This document shows, one piece after another, positions 9,799 to 19,757 of a stretch of DNA of 64,000 nt. The position numbers and the translations under genes are program-made. Origin of the DNA: Actinomycetota bacterium. Lineage in GTDB: Bacteria; Actinomycetota; UBA4738; HRBIN12. The stretch covers positions 124 through 64,123 of the forward strand of contig DASZOO010000248.1 in the NCBI GenBank assembly GCA_035550775.1, written 5' to 3'. Position 1 is the first letter of the stretch; each line of letters opens with the position of its first letter. The notes below the pieces were generated by a model that saw only the letters and a list, made by a program, of their open reading frames with translations, was not told the DNA's origin and did not search any database.

Positions 9799-11505
9799 CT
9801 AGGGCGCCGCCGCGAGCAGGTCCAGGACCGCCTGGGCCGACCCCTCGACCGTTGCGTGGGAACGCTCCCCCGTCGAGCGCAGCTTCAAGTCCACCGATCC
9901 CTCGGCGAGGCCGCGTTTGCCCACGGTGACCTGGACGGGGTAGCCGACGAGGTCCGCATCGGCGAACTTGACCCCGGCTCGCTCATCGCGATCGTCGAGC
10001 AGCACCTCGACGCCCAGCGCAGCGAGCTCGTCGTGGATGCGGACGCCCTCGCGCACGACGTCGTCGTCGTCTGCGTTGGCCATGATCACGACGACCTGGA
10101 ACGGCGCCAGGTGCTTGGGCCAGACGATGCCCTGCTCGTCGTGGTGCTGTTCCACGACCGCCGCGAGGATGCGGCTGATGCCGATGCCGTAGCAGCCCAT
10201 CTCGTAGGGCCTCTGGGTGCCGTCCTCGTCCTGGAACGTGGCCTCGAGGGGTGCGGAGTACTTCGTGCCGAGCTGGTAGATGTGGGCGACCACGATCGAT
10301 CGGCCGAGCCGCAAACGCCCGCCGTCGACGGGACACGTGTCGCCTTCACGGAACTCCACGAGGTCCTCCCACCGATCGACCCGGAAATCTCGCCCGAGGT
10401 TGGCGCCGGTGACGTGCCGGTCGGGCTCGTTCGACCCAGTCACCCAGTCGGCGCCGCCGCGGACGAGCTCGTCGGCGAACATCTCGACGTCATCGCCGAA
10501 GCCCTGAGGTCCGACGTAGCCCTTGGCGAACCCGCGCCGGTCGAAGTCCTCGTCGTCGAAGGGCCGCACCCGCTCGGGGAACACGAGCTTCTCGAGCTTG
10601 TTCACGCTGACCTCGCGGTCGCCGGGCACGAGCACGGCGACGGTGCGCGAGCCGACGTCGAACATCACGCACTTCAACGTCCGCGACGCATCGATGCCCA
10701 GGAAGGTCGCGAGGGACTCGATCGTGGGAGTACCCGGCGTGTCGACCACCGTCAACGGCTCGACACCCGGGCCGGCCGGTGGCGGCGCCCCCGGGCGGGC
10801 CGCCTCGACGTCGGCGAGGTAGTCACCGTTCTCGCATTCCACGAACAGGTCTTCACCGACGTCGGCCCGGGCCATGAACTCGTGGTTCACGCCGCCGCCG
10901 ATCTGTCCCGGGTCGGCCTCGACCACCGCCAGGTCGAGCCCGATCCTGTCGAAGATGCGAACGTAGGCCTCGTACATGACGCGATAGCTCTCGCTCAACC
11001 CGGCCGCGTCGCGATCGAACGAGTAGGCGTCCTTCATCAGGAACTCCCGGACCCGCAGCAACCCGAACCGCGGACGGAACTCGTCGCGGTACTTCCACTC
11101 GACCTGATAGAGGTTCACGGGCAGGTCCCGGTAGCTCGGCAGGTCGCCGGCCACCAACGGCGTCACGACCTCCTCTTCGGTCGGCCCGAGCAGGAGGTCA
11201 CGGCCGTGTCGATCGGTGAACCGGAAGAGCGTCTCGCCGTACAGCTCGTAGCGGCCCGTCGCCTTCCAGGGTTTCGCGGGCAGCACGATCGGCATGCGGA
11301 TCTCCACGGAGCCCGCAGCCTCCATCTCCTCTCGAACGATCGATTCGATCGTGCGCATCACGCGCATGGCCAGCGGCAGGGTCACGTACGCGCCCGCCAT
11401 CACCTGGCGGATGAATCCCGCCCGCAGCAGCAGACGATGTGACGCGATCTCCGCGTCGGCCGGATCGTCGCGCAGGGTGGGAACGAACAACTTCGACAGA
11501 CGCAT
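9799..11505 (-). CDS. proS: proline--tRNA ligase (bacterial type)
   Basis: MRLSKLFVPTLRDDPADAEIASHRLLLRAGFIRQ N-terminus. Class II aaRS motifs, INS editing domain and C-terminal anticodon-binding region. Confidence 0.9.
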   Translation of the reverse strand: MRLSKLFVPTLRDDPADAEIASHRLLLRAGFIRQVMAGAYVTLPLAMRVMRTIESIVREEMEAAGSVEIRMPIVLPAKPWKATGRYELYGETLFRFTDRHGRDLLLGPTEEEVVTPLVAGDLPSYRDLPVNLYQVEWKYRDEFRPRFGLLRVREFLMKDAYSFDRDAAGLSESYRVMYEAYVRIFDRIGLDLAVVEADPGQIGGGVNHEFMARADVGEDLFVECENGDYLADVEAARPGAPPPAGPGVEPLTVVDTPGTPTIESLATFLGIDASRTLKCVMFDVGSRTVAVLVPGDREVSVNKLEKLVFPERVRPFDDEDFDRRGFAKGYVGPQGFGDDVEMFADELVRGGADWVTGSNEPDRHVTGANLGRDFRVDRWEDLVEFREGDTCPVDGGRLRLGRSIVVAHIYQLGTKYSAPLEATFQDEDGTQRPYEMGCYGIGISRILAAVVEQHHDEQGIVWPKHLAPFQVVVIMANADDDDVVREGVRIHDELAALGVEVLLDDRDERAGVKFADADLVGYPVQVTVGKRGLAEGSVDLKLRSTGERSHATVEGSAQAVLDLLAAAP

Positions 11506-11553
11506 AGGGGGCACAGGATAGCGGCCGATCGGAGCGGCCCCGCCTGCGGACCG

Positions 11554-11582
11554 TTGACGGACCCCGGCCCTGCGGTCACAAT
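11554..11582 (+). promoter_or_regulatory. candidate sigma-70-type promoter (TTGACG - 17 nt - CACAAT) placing the TSS at or next to the leader ATG (leaderless)
   Basis: Hexamers read directly from the sequence. The -10 ends 7 nt before ATG 11590. Confidence 0.3.
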
Positions 11583-11589
11583 CGCGGCC

Positions 11590-11658
11590 ATGCCGACGCG
11601 TGTGATCCGCTGGTCCTGGCGCCGGGGCTCCGAGAGCCCGGCGCTCGCGCGCGTCTAG
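11590..11658 (+). CDS. candidate trp leader peptide (22 aa, MPTRVIRWSWRRGSESPALARV) with two Trp codons
   Basis: Short ORF immediately upstream of trpE with W-S-W. It is followed by a hairpin that includes the last G of the second Trp codon, then by a terminator-like hairpin. Confidence 0.4.
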   Translation: MPTRVIRWSWRRGSESPALARV

Positions 11659-11688
11659 TCACCGCAGCCCCACCCTCGACACCGCGAA

Positions 11689-11721
11689 CCCCGGGCGACC
11701 CCCCGGGGTCGTTCGCTCTCT
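11689..11721 (+). terminator. attenuator/terminator-like hairpin (CCCCGGG-cgaccc-CCCGGGG) followed by a T-containing tract, 14 nt upstream of the trpE Shine-Dalgarno
   Basis: Perfect 7-bp GC stem with a 6-nt loop, then tcgttcgctctct, then GAGGAGG and GTG 11736. Confidence 0.4.
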
Positions 11722-11735
11722 GAGGAGGCCCGACA

Positions 11736-13235
11736 GTGGAACCACGGATCCGCCCCGACCGCGAGTCCTTCGACATGCTCGCGGCCGAGTGGCCGATCGT
11801 GCCGGTCTGGGCGGAGCTGCTGGCCGACGTGTCCACGCCCGTCGGTTTGTTCCCCTCGCTCGCGGGGAGCGGCCCCGGCCTGCTCCTGGAGTCGGTGGAG
11901 CGATCCGAACGATGGGGCCGCTACTCCTTCGTCGCGGGTGACCCGGCGGCGATCCTCCTCGGTGACCGCGACGGCGTGCACATCACCGACATCGCTCGCG
12001 AGCTGCCGATCCCGCCGGCCGACGGCCCGCCACGTCAGGCCCTGATCGAGACGGCGCGATCGCTGCGGGCCCCGCGGCTGCCGGACCTGCCGGCGCTCAC
12101 GGGAGGGTTGATGGGCTATGTCGCCTACGAGGCCGCGGAGCTGCTGGACGGCCATCCGGTTCCCGACCCATCGTCGGCCCCCGTGCCCCCGATCGCGCTC
12201 CTGGTCATCGATCGCGCGATCGTCTTCGACCACTGGAGGCAGCGTCTGCTTCTGGTGGCACACGTCCCCGCCGGGCGCTACGACGACGGCGTGGCGGCCG
12301 TTCGGGAGCTCGCCGATCGCGTCGGCCACGCGAGCCCGCCCGGACTCGAGGCCGTTCCGCCCACGGATGTGTCCGCACGCGACGGCACGTCGAACATGTC
12401 CGACGATCGATACCGCGAGATCGTCTCCTCGTTCAAGGAGCACATCCTGGCGGGTGACATCTTCCAGGGCGTGGCGTCCCGACGCGTCACGTTCCCCGCA
12501 CCCGACGGCGGGTACTCGATCTATCGCCGTCTGCGGGTCGCCAACCCTGCGCCCTACATGTTCTTCCTACGGATGATGGGCATCGAGCTCGCGGGGTCCT
12601 CCCCCGAGCCGCTGGTTCGCGTCGAGGAAGGCCGGGTCTCCACTCGACCGATCGCGGGCACCCGGCCACGAGGTGAGACCGAGGTCCGCGACCGGCTGCT
12701 GGAGCACGAGCTGCTCGCCGATCCGAAGGAGCAGGCCGAGCATGCGATGCTGGTCGACCTGGCCCGCAACGACCTCGGAAGGGTCTGCATCGCGGGCAGC
12801 GTCGAACCGACCCAGCTGATGGAGGTCGAGCGGTTCACGAAGGTGATGCACATCGTCTCGACGATCGAGGGCGACTTGCGCCACGACATGCACCCCCTCG
12901 ACGCCCTCGCCGTCACCTTCCCGGCCGGCACGTTGAGCGGCGCTCCGAAGCACCGCGCCATGGAGCTGATCGCGTCGCACGAGCCCGACGCTCGAGGGCC
13001 GTACGGCGGCGCGGTCGGGTACTGCACGTTCCAGGGAGATCTGGACTTCTGCATCACGATCCGCACGGCGGTCGTCAAGGACGGGAAGGCACACCTGCAG
13101 TCGGGCGCCGGCATCGTCGCCGATTCCGACCCGCAGACCGAGCTCGACGAGACGAAGGCGAAGGCATCGGCGCTGCTCCCCGCGGTCGTCCCAGGGCGAG
13201 ACGGCCACCTCGACGCCGAGGGGGCGGTGCGATGA
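11736..13235 (+). CDS. trpE: anthranilate synthase component I (chorismate-binding; TrpE, PabB not excluded)
   Basis: LLES motif in the N-terminal regulatory region and chorismate-binding C-terminal domain (PIAGTRPRG...GAVGY). GTG start with a GAGGAGG Shine-Dalgarno. Trp-codon leader upstream. Confidence 0.7.
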   Translation: MEPRIRPDRESFDMLAAEWPIVPVWAELLADVSTPVGLFPSLAGSGPGLLLESVERSERWGRYSFVAGDPAAILLGDRDGVHITDIARELPIPPADGPPRQALIETARSLRAPRLPDLPALTGGLMGYVAYEAAELLDGHPVPDPSSAPVPPIALLVIDRAIVFDHWRQRLLLVAHVPAGRYDDGVAAVRELADRVGHASPPGLEAVPPTDVSARDGTSNMSDDRYREIVSSFKEHILAGDIFQGVASRRVTFPAPDGGYSIYRRLRVANPAPYMFFLRMMGIELAGSSPEPLVRVEEGRVSTRPIAGTRPRGETEVRDRLLEHELLADPKEQAEHAMLVDLARNDLGRVCIAGSVEPTQLMEVERFTKVMHIVSTIEGDLRHDMHPLDALAVTFPAGTLSGAPKHRAMELIASHEPDARGPYGGAVGYCTFQGDLDFCITIRTAVVKDGKAHLQSGAGIVADSDPQTELDETKAKASALLPAVVPGRDGHLDAEGAVR

Positions 13236-13798
13236 TCCTGGTCGTCGACCACTACGACTCGTTCACCTACAACCTGGTGCAGCTCGTGGAGAGCCTCGGA
13301 CACGCGACCGAGGTCGTGAAGAGCGATGCGGAGCCGGCCGCGGCGCTCATCGCCCGCTCACCGGAGGCGGTCATCCTCTCCCCGGGGCCCGGCAGACCCG
13401 AGGCGGCGGGGTGCTTCACGGCGCTGCTCGACGACCTGCCCGCCGAGACCCCGGTGCTCGGCGTCTGCCTGGGTCACCAGGCGATCGGCATCGAGTACGG
13501 CGGCACGGTCGACCGGACCGAGCCCGTGCACGGCAAGGCGTCCTCGGTGCACCACGATGGGGCCGGCATCTTCGGAGGCGTTCACGATCCCTTCGAGGCG
13601 GGCCGCTACCACTCCCTCGTCGTCGAGCGAGGCGACCTGCCGGCGGAGCTCGTGCTCACGGCCTGGACCGACGACGGCCTCGTGATGGGCACGCGGCACC
13701 GCGAGCTGCCCCGCTACGGGGTGCAGTTCCACCCCGAGAGCATCCTGACGCCCGAGGGCCCGACGATCGTCCGGAACTTCCTGGCGCTCACGCGTTGA
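13232..13798 (+). CDS. trpG: anthranilate synthase component II / glutamine amidotransferase (TrpG/PabA type)
   Basis: MILVVDHYDSFTYNLVQ, catalytic Cys in GVCLGHQ, HPES. Start overlaps the trpE stop. Confidence 0.75.
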   Translation: MILVVDHYDSFTYNLVQLVESLGHATEVVKSDAEPAAALIARSPEAVILSPGPGRPEAAGCFTALLDDLPAETPVLGVCLGHQAIGIEYGGTVDRTEPVHGKASSVHHDGAGIFGGVHDPFEAGRYHSLVVERGDLPAELVLTAWTDDGLVMGTRHRELPRYGVQFHPESILTPEGPTIVRNFLALTR

Positions 13799-13807
13799 CG
13801 CGGGGCC

Positions 13808-14797
13808 TCAGCGTGGCCCTGGGCACCTGGGCCCGTAGGCGAACCTCGCGCTGCCCTTCGACACGCGGCACCCACGCGTGTCGACCGCCACGAACGCCCC
13901 GGCGGGCACACGCTTGAGCTGGTCGAGCAGCCCGTTGGTCCATGCGGGGTCGCGTGTCCCCTGGAAGTACCAGTCGCTGCCGTTGTCGGCGACGATGACG
14001 CCGTAGCGCTTCATCGCCCGCAACACCACCTTCGCGTGGCCGCCGAACCGCGAGAGGTCGAAGCCACCCTTGAGACGGAACCGAGCGCCCATCGGCGGAC
14101 ATCGCCGGTCGGCTTGCCCCGCCTGGTGCCGCGCCGGCCACACGTACCGGCGGCTCGTGCACGACACCGTGAACCGGATGGCGTGGTCGATCTCGCCTGC
14201 CAGCACCTCGTCCCACCGCACGAGGCCGGGGAAGATCGGCAGCCCGGCGGCATCGGCGCTGGTCCACCCGGCCGGCCGGAGCCGGTTCGAGCCGAGATCG
14301 AAGATCGCCCCGCTGCCGGCGCGCGGGTCGCCCTCGTTCCACCGGGCCGCGAACAACTCGTAGAGGGTGCAGGTGTCTTCGTCGATCATCAGGGCGTGCC
14401 GGTCTGAGCCGCCCTCGACCGGCGTGTCGCCGTCGAACGGGTAGGGGCCGTCGTCGCTCTCGCTCGCATACTGGAAGGCCACGAACACGTCGGGTTGCCC
14501 GGCGCCGACGACCTCGTAGGGCATGCCGTAGTCGGGCGGCCCGAAATCCGGGTGCAGGTCGGTGCGCCCGGCGTGGGTCGAGCGCTTCCACAGCGAGTTC
14601 TTGGGATGCTTCGGGAGTCGCGCGACGTTCAGGTGCCACACGTTGTCGCTCGGGAAGACCTCGCAGGTCGTGTCCGGCACGGGCGCACGTCGGGCCGGGA
14701 CCGCCACCGAGGGGGTGGTCGCCTTCGCGGGTGCGATCGCCGCGACCAGCACGATCGTGGCGATCGTGGCGATCGATCCCCCCTTCATCCGTGACAT
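13808..14797 (-). CDS. secreted hypothetical protein (Sec signal peptide, about 300-aa mature domain)
   Basis: N-terminal signal peptide (IATIVLVAAIAPAKA) and a protein-like, W/Y/F-containing globular domain. No family recognised. Confidence 0.5.
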   Translation of the reverse strand: MSRMKGGSIATIATIVLVAAIAPAKATTPSVAVPARRAPVPDTTCEVFPSDNVWHLNVARLPKHPKNSLWKRSTHAGRTDLHPDFGPPDYGMPYEVVGAGQPDVFVAFQYASESDDGPYPFDGDTPVEGGSDRHALMIDEDTCTLYELFAARWNEGDPRAGSGAIFDLGSNRLRPAGWTSADAAGLPIFPGLVRWDEVLAGEIDHAIRFTVSCTSRRYVWPARHQAGQADRRCPPMGARFRLKGGFDLSRFGGHAKVVLRAMKRYGVIVADNGSDWYFQGTRDPAWTNGLLDQLKRVPAGAFVAVDTRGCRVSKGSARFAYGPRCPGPR

Positions 14798-14859
14798 GCG
14801 GCAGGTATCGGCGGTCGCGGCAGGAGAAGTTGAGGAGCGACGACCTCGTTCGGGATCGC

Positions 14860-15957
14860 CTACACCGCCCCCTCGCCGGCGGCCGCCTTCTCGGCCGCGA
14901 CCGCCCGGGCCTCGACGAGCAGCGCGTCGACGAGCTCTGATTCCGGCACCTTCGCCACCACCTCGCCTCGGCGGATGATGAACCCGAGGCCGTTCCCGCT
15001 CGCGATGCCGACGTCGGCCTCGCGTGCCTCACCCGGCCCGTTGACGACGCAGCCCATCACCGCGACCCGCATCGGGACCGTGAATCGCTCGCGCTCGATC
15101 GCCGCGTTGACCCGCCGCGTGAGCTCGAGCACGTCGACCTCGGCGCGGCCGCACGAGGGGCACGCGACGAGGTCGAGGCCCCGGTTCCGAAGGCCGAGCG
15201 AACGCAGGATCGTCGTCCCCACCTTGACCTCCTCGATGGGGTCGTCGGTGAGCGAGACGCGGATCGTGTCGCCGATGCCCTCGGCGAGCAGCGTGCCGAT
15301 GCCGACCGCGGACTTGACCCCGCCCATCGGCATGGGCCCGGCCTCGGTGACGCCGAGGTGCAGCGGGTAGTCGCAGGCTTCGGCGAGCATGCGGTAGCTC
15401 TCGATCATCACGAGCGGGTTCGAGTGCTTGACCGAGATCTTGATGTCGAGGAAGTCCTCGTCCTCGAGGATCCGGGCCTCGTTCAGGGCGCTCTCGACGA
15501 GCGCCTCCGGCGAGGGGGAACCGTGCTTGGCGAGCAGCGCGGGCTCGAGCGAGCCGGCGTTCACCCCGATGCGGATCGGCACTCCGCGTGCCTTCGCCTC
15601 GCGCGCGATGAGCCGCACCTTGTCCTGGTACTTGATGTTCCCGGGGTTGATGCGCAGGCCGTGGATGCCGGCCTCCAACGCGGCCATCGCGTACTTCCAT
15701 TGGAAGTGGATGTCGGCGACCACCGGCACCGTCGACTTCGCGGCGATCGCGACGAGCGCCTCGGCGTCCTCCCAGTGCGGCACGGCGACCCGCACGATAT
15801 CGACGCCCCCGGCGACGAGCGAGGCGATCTGCTGCAGGGTGGCGTCGATGTCCGAGGTCTTCGTCGTGGTCATCGACTGGATCGACACGGGCGCGTCGCC
15901 GCCGATCGCTACGCCGCCGAGATCGATCTGCCGGCTCTTCCTGCGCTCGATGCTCAC
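14860..15957 (-). CDS. ispG: 4-hydroxy-3-methylbut-2-enyl diphosphate synthase IspG (GcpE)
   Basis: Typical IspG sequence ([28 protein letters not shown]...). C-terminal Cys cluster. Confidence 0.9.
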   Translation of the reverse strand: MSIERRKSRQIDLGGVAIGGDAPVSIQSMTTTKTSDIDATLQQIASLVAGGVDIVRVAVPHWEDAEALVAIAAKSTVPVVADIHFQWKYAMAALEAGIHGLRINPGNIKYQDKVRLIAREAKARGVPIRIGVNAGSLEPALLAKHGSPSPEALVESALNEARILEDEDFLDIKISVKHSNPLVMIESYRMLAEACDYPLHLGVTEAGPMPMGGVKSAVGIGTLLAEGIGDTIRVSLTDDPIEEVKVGTTILRSLGLRNRGLDLVACPSCGRAEVDVLELTRRVNAAIERERFTVPMRVAVMGCVVNGPGEAREADVGIASGNGLGFIIRRGEVVAKVPESELVDALLVEARAVAAEKAAAGEGAV

Positions 15958-15993
15958 CGGGCCAGTCTCCCAGGCTCTCCGGATTCCCCGGCC

Positions 15994-16443
15994 TCAGCCG
16001 CCGAAGACGTGGAACGTCACCGTGCGGTCCTTGGGCTCGTCCATCTCGAAGAGGATGAGCCGCTGCCACGTGCCGAATCCGGGCTCGCCGGCCGCGACCG
16101 GGATCGCGTGGGACGTCGCAGAGAGCAGCATCGCCTTCACGTGCGCATGCCCGTTCTCCCGCTCGTCGGGGTTCAGGTTCTGGGTGCGGACTTCGAAGTC
16201 ATCGTGCTGGTAGTAGACGCCCTCGTGCGGGACGAGATCGGTGAGGTGGCGCCGGAAGTCGGCCATCGCGCCGTCCTCCCACTCGTTGATCAGCAGCGCA
16301 CATGTCGTGTGCGCACAGAACGCGATCACCGCGCCGTCGGTGATGCCCGAATCCTTGATCACGCGACGCAGGTCGTCGGTGAGATCGAGGAACGCGTACC
16401 GCGTCGGCGCGGCGATCGTGATGCTGGTCGTGGCTGAGTTCAC
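15994..16443 (-). CDS. YjbQ/UPF0047 family protein (secondary thiamine-phosphate synthase-like)
   Basis: Conserved YjbQ-type sequence. Its start overlaps the stop of the sensor kinase gene. Confidence 0.65.
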   Translation of the reverse strand: MNSATTSITIAAPTRYAFLDLTDDLRRVIKDSGITDGAVIAFCAHTTCALLINEWEDGAMADFRRHLTDLVPHEGVYYQHDDFEVRTQNLNPDERENGHAHVKAMLLSATSHAIPVAAGEPGFGTWQRLILFEMDEPKDRTVTFHVFGG

Positions 16444-17813
16444 GGATCCCTCCTGTTCGTGACCCCCGACCCTGCCGGCACCGCGATCGGCAGGTCGAAG
16501 CTGAATGTGCTGCCGTGTCCGGGTTCGCTCTCGGCTCGGATCGTTCCCCCGTGCGCCTCGACGACGGAGCGAGCGATCGCGAGGCCGATGCCGGTGCCGC
16601 CGTCGCCCCGCGCCCTCGCGGCGTCGACCCGATAGAAGCGTTCGAACAGGCGAGGCAGCGCCTCGGCCGGGATGCCGACACCGGTGTCGGCCACGCGCAC
16701 CTCGACCGCCCCGTTGTGCCGCTGCGCCTCGATGCGCACCTCGCCACCCTCGGGCGTGAACCGCACGGCGTTGTCGACGAGGTTGAAGATCACCTGGTGC
16801 ACACGCTCGGCGTCCGCCTCGATCGGCGGAAGATCGTCGGGCAGCGCGCTCGACACCTCCACGTCGCGATCGGCGCTCGCCACCTGAATCTCGGACATCA
16901 CCTGGGCGACGAGCGGGGCGAGCGCCACCTGCTCACGGCGCAGCGGCACGTCGCCCGATTCCAGCTTCGACAGATCGAGGAGCTGCTCGACGAGCCGGCC
17001 CAGACGCTCCGACTGCGCCAGCATGACCTGCAGGGTCTCGTTGTCCGGCTCTTCCACGCCGTCGAGCAGGTTCTCGAGATGCGCGCGGATCGCGGTGATC
17101 GGGGTCTTGAGCTCGTGGGAGACGTTAGCGACCAGGTCGCGACGCGACGTCTCGAGGGTCTCGAGCTCCCGGCTCATGCGGTTGAACGCGGCTGCCAGCT
17201 GGCCCACCTCGTCGCGGGACGTCGTATAGACACGGGTCGAGTAGTCGCCGGTCTCCATGCGGCGGGCGGCCTCGGCCATGTCACGCAGGGGCTGGGTCAT
17301 GCCTCGAGCCAGCCACCGGGCCATCACCAGGGCGATGACCGCCGCGATCGCGCCGGCGAGCAGGAACTGCCACCAGACGCTCTGCAGGAACCCGAGGGTC
17401 GCGGAGACCCGTCCGAGCGAGCCGCGAGTGGGAGACGGGTACAGCACGATCAAGCTGCCCCCCTCGTCGGTCGGGATCGAGGCCCAGACGTTGTTGCCGA
17501 TCACTCCCCATCGGGGCACGCGGCCGGGGGTATCGGGCGGCAGCACGCCGAGGTTCACGCCCTCGACGGTGACCTCCCCCGTGAGGCTGCGGCGAACGAC
17601 CATCGTGCCGGCGGGCGGTTCCGCGAGCTCGCCGCTGGCGACTCGGCGGGCGAGCGCGAGCGCATCGATCGCCTCGGAGTCCCTCGGCGAGTTCCGCAGC
17701 GCGAACCCGATCAACGCATAGGAGATCATGATCGTGATCGCGACGGCGACGACGATCGTGGCTCCGAGCTTGCCCCGGATCGTAGGAAGGCGCTCGAGTG
17801 GACGAGAGCTCAC
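16440..17813 (-). CDS. two-component sensor histidine kinase (2 TM, periplasmic loop, HAMP, HisKA, HATPase)
   Basis: H-box HELKTPITAIRAHLENL, G-box DTGVGIP...GTGIGLAIA. Start overlaps the regulator stop. Confidence 0.8.
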   Translation of the reverse strand: MSSRPLERLPTIRGKLGATIVVAVAITIMISYALIGFALRNSPRDSEAIDALALARRVASGELAEPPAGTMVVRRSLTGEVTVEGVNLGVLPPDTPGRVPRWGVIGNNVWASIPTDEGGSLIVLYPSPTRGSLGRVSATLGFLQSVWWQFLLAGAIAAVIALVMARWLARGMTQPLRDMAEAARRMETGDYSTRVYTTSRDEVGQLAAAFNRMSRELETLETSRRDLVANVSHELKTPITAIRAHLENLLDGVEEPDNETLQVMLAQSERLGRLVEQLLDLSKLESGDVPLRREQVALAPLVAQVMSEIQVASADRDVEVSSALPDDLPPIEADAERVHQVIFNLVDNAVRFTPEGGEVRIEAQRHNGAVEVRVADTGVGIPAEALPRLFERFYRVDAARARGDGGTGIGLAIARSVVEAHGGTIRAESEPGHGSTFSFDLPIAVPAGSGVTNRRDP

Positions 17814-18505
17814 GACCGTTCCTGGAACGCGTACCCCACGCCGTGCACGGTGCGGATGAACCGGGGCTCGTTCCCGTCCTCACGCAGCTTGCGCCGGATG
17901 CGCGCGACGTGCGAGTCGACCACCCGGCCCCCGGCGAAGTCCCGGTAGCCCCAGACGCGATCCATCAGCTGGTCGCGGGAGAGCACGACGCCGGGATCAC
18001 GGGCGAGGGTGAGCAGGATCTCGAACTCGAGGGGGGTGAGCCCGACATCCTCGCCGTCGACCGTGACCCGGCGCCTGCTCGGATCCATCACCAGCCCGTG
18101 ATGCTCGATCGGGCCGGCGTCCTTCTGTTCGCCCATGCGCTCCATGCGTCGCAGGATCGCCTTCACACGCGCCGCGAGCTCGCGCAGGCTGAACGGCTTG
18201 GTGAGGTAGTCGTCGGCGCCGACAGCGAACCCGGCGACCTTATCGGCTTCCTCGGTCTTGGCCGTGAGCATCAGCACCGGGGTCCAGCCGTCGCGCTGGA
18301 TCCGCTTGCAGACCTCGAGACCGTCCATGCCGGGCAGCATCAGGTCCAGCACGACCAGGTCGGGATGCTGCTCGGCATGCTGCTCGATCGCGTCGGGTCC
18401 ATCGAGCGCCACGAGGACGCGATAGCCCTCGGATTCGAGCCGGGCGCGAACCGCCTCGGCGATGGCTTCCTCGTCGTCGACGACGAGCACTGTCTGCTGG
18501 CTCAC
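17810..18505 (-). CDS. OmpR-family response regulator
   Basis: Receiver domain (VLVVDDEEAI...DLVVLDLMLPGMDG...LTAK) plus winged-helix DNA-binding domain. Confidence 0.85.
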   Translation of the reverse strand: MSQQTVLVVDDEEAIAEAVRARLESEGYRVLVALDGPDAIEQHAEQHPDLVVLDLMLPGMDGLEVCKRIQRDGWTPVLMLTAKTEEADKVAGFAVGADDYLTKPFSLRELAARVKAILRRMERMGEQKDAGPIEHHGLVMDPSRRRVTVDGEDVGLTPLEFEILLTLARDPGVVLSRDQLMDRVWGYRDFAGGRVVDSHVARIRRKLREDGNEPRFIRTVHGVGYAFQERS

Positions 18506-18599
18506 GGCGCCAATCGTAGTCGGGCGGTGTGTGCAGCGGTCAGAGGCGCTATTGAGAAATCGTGGCGTCGGTTCGGCCGCAAGCGATCCGTGGGCAGGG

Positions 18600-19745
18600 C
18601 TAGGGCAGCGTGATCGGCTTGGTCACGTCGAGCACGATCGTGGCGCCGACGAACATCACGAAGAAGGCCATCACGGCCGCCGAGATCGGGATCAGCGTCC
18701 GGATGTCGACCGCCTTGCCCCGCACCTTCTCGATCGCGAGGGTGAGCAGGTGCCCACCGTCGAAGGGGGGAAGCGGGACGAGGTTGATCAACCCCACGAA
18801 GACGGTGACGAACCCGAACAGGTAGACGATCGTCGACCACTCCCCCGCCGACGACGTCGCGCCGACCTGCTGGCTGATGCCCACGACGCTCGCGGCGTCG
18901 TCGGGCCGGCGCTGCTCGTCGCTGAACAGCAGGGTGAAGACGCGGCCGATGCCCTCCGGACCGAAGACCCGCCCGATCTGGCCGAAGGACTCCTCGATCG
19001 CGAACCCGACCTCCTTCACGCCGCCCACGAGCGCGGCCCCCAACCCCGCCGGCTGGGGATCGGGCGGGCGGACGACGACCCCCATCCTCCCGCGGGTCTC
19101 GCCTTCGACTTCGGAGAGCTCGGGCACCACGCGGAGGGTGACCTGTTCACCGGCCCGTGCCACGACCACGATCAGCGGCTCGCCCGGCCGTTCCTCGACC
19201 TGGGTGGTGACGATGTCGCTGAGCTGCTCGGAGCTGGGCTCGACCACGTCGCCCAGGCGGAGGATCTGGTCGCCGGACTCCAAGCCTGCGGCGGCGGCGG
19301 GCGACTGGTCGCCGTTGAGGGTCAGTTCGACCTCGTCGATCACGAGCGGCGTGAGCGGCGCCTCGCGCGGGTCTCCGAAGACCATCAGCCAGACGGAGAA
19401 GATCAGGGCGCCGACCACGAAGTGGGTGCCCGGGCCGGCGAAGATCGTGGCCGCCCGCTGCCAGATCGGCTTCGAACCGTACAGGCGAGGGAGGTCCTCC
19501 GGCGGGTTCTCCTCGTAGGGGTTCATCCCGGCGATCTTGACGTAGCCGCCCACGAAGATCGGCTTCACGCCGACCTCCAGCTCACCCTTGCGCCTGGACC
19601 AGATCTTCCAAGGCCCGAATCCCACGAAGTACTCGGTCACCTTCATGCCGAACTTCCGGGCGAAGAAGAAGTGGCCCAGCTCGTGGATCGCGATGATCAC
19701 GGTGAGGAAGGGCAGGAAGATGAGGGCGCCGACGAGCAGATCCAT
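18600..19745 (-). CDS. rseP: site-2 protease, M50 family zinc metalloprotease (RseP/Rip1-like) with PDZ domain
   Basis: HELGHF motif in TM1, PDZ domain, LDG motif. Conserved position next to dxr. Confidence 0.8.
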   Translation of the reverse strand: MDLLVGALIFLPFLTVIIAIHELGHFFFARKFGMKVTEYFVGFGPWKIWSRRKGELEVGVKPIFVGGYVKIAGMNPYEENPPEDLPRLYGSKPIWQRAATIFAGPGTHFVVGALIFSVWLMVFGDPREAPLTPLVIDEVELTLNGDQSPAAAAGLESGDQILRLGDVVEPSSEQLSDIVTTQVEERPGEPLIVVVARAGEQVTLRVVPELSEVEGETRGRMGVVVRPPDPQPAGLGAALVGGVKEVGFAIEESFGQIGRVFGPEGIGRVFTLLFSDEQRRPDDAASVVGISQQVGATSSAGEWSTIVYLFGFVTVFVGLINLVPLPPFDGGHLLTLAIEKVRGKAVDIRTLIPISAAVMAFFVMFVGATIVLDVTKPITLP

Positions 19746-19757
19746 AGGGGGAAGGGC

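Noticed and set aside
9532-11442. 636-aa plus-strand ORF antisense to proS
   Set aside because: Low-complexity Arg/Asp-rich translation. proS is clear on the minus strand.
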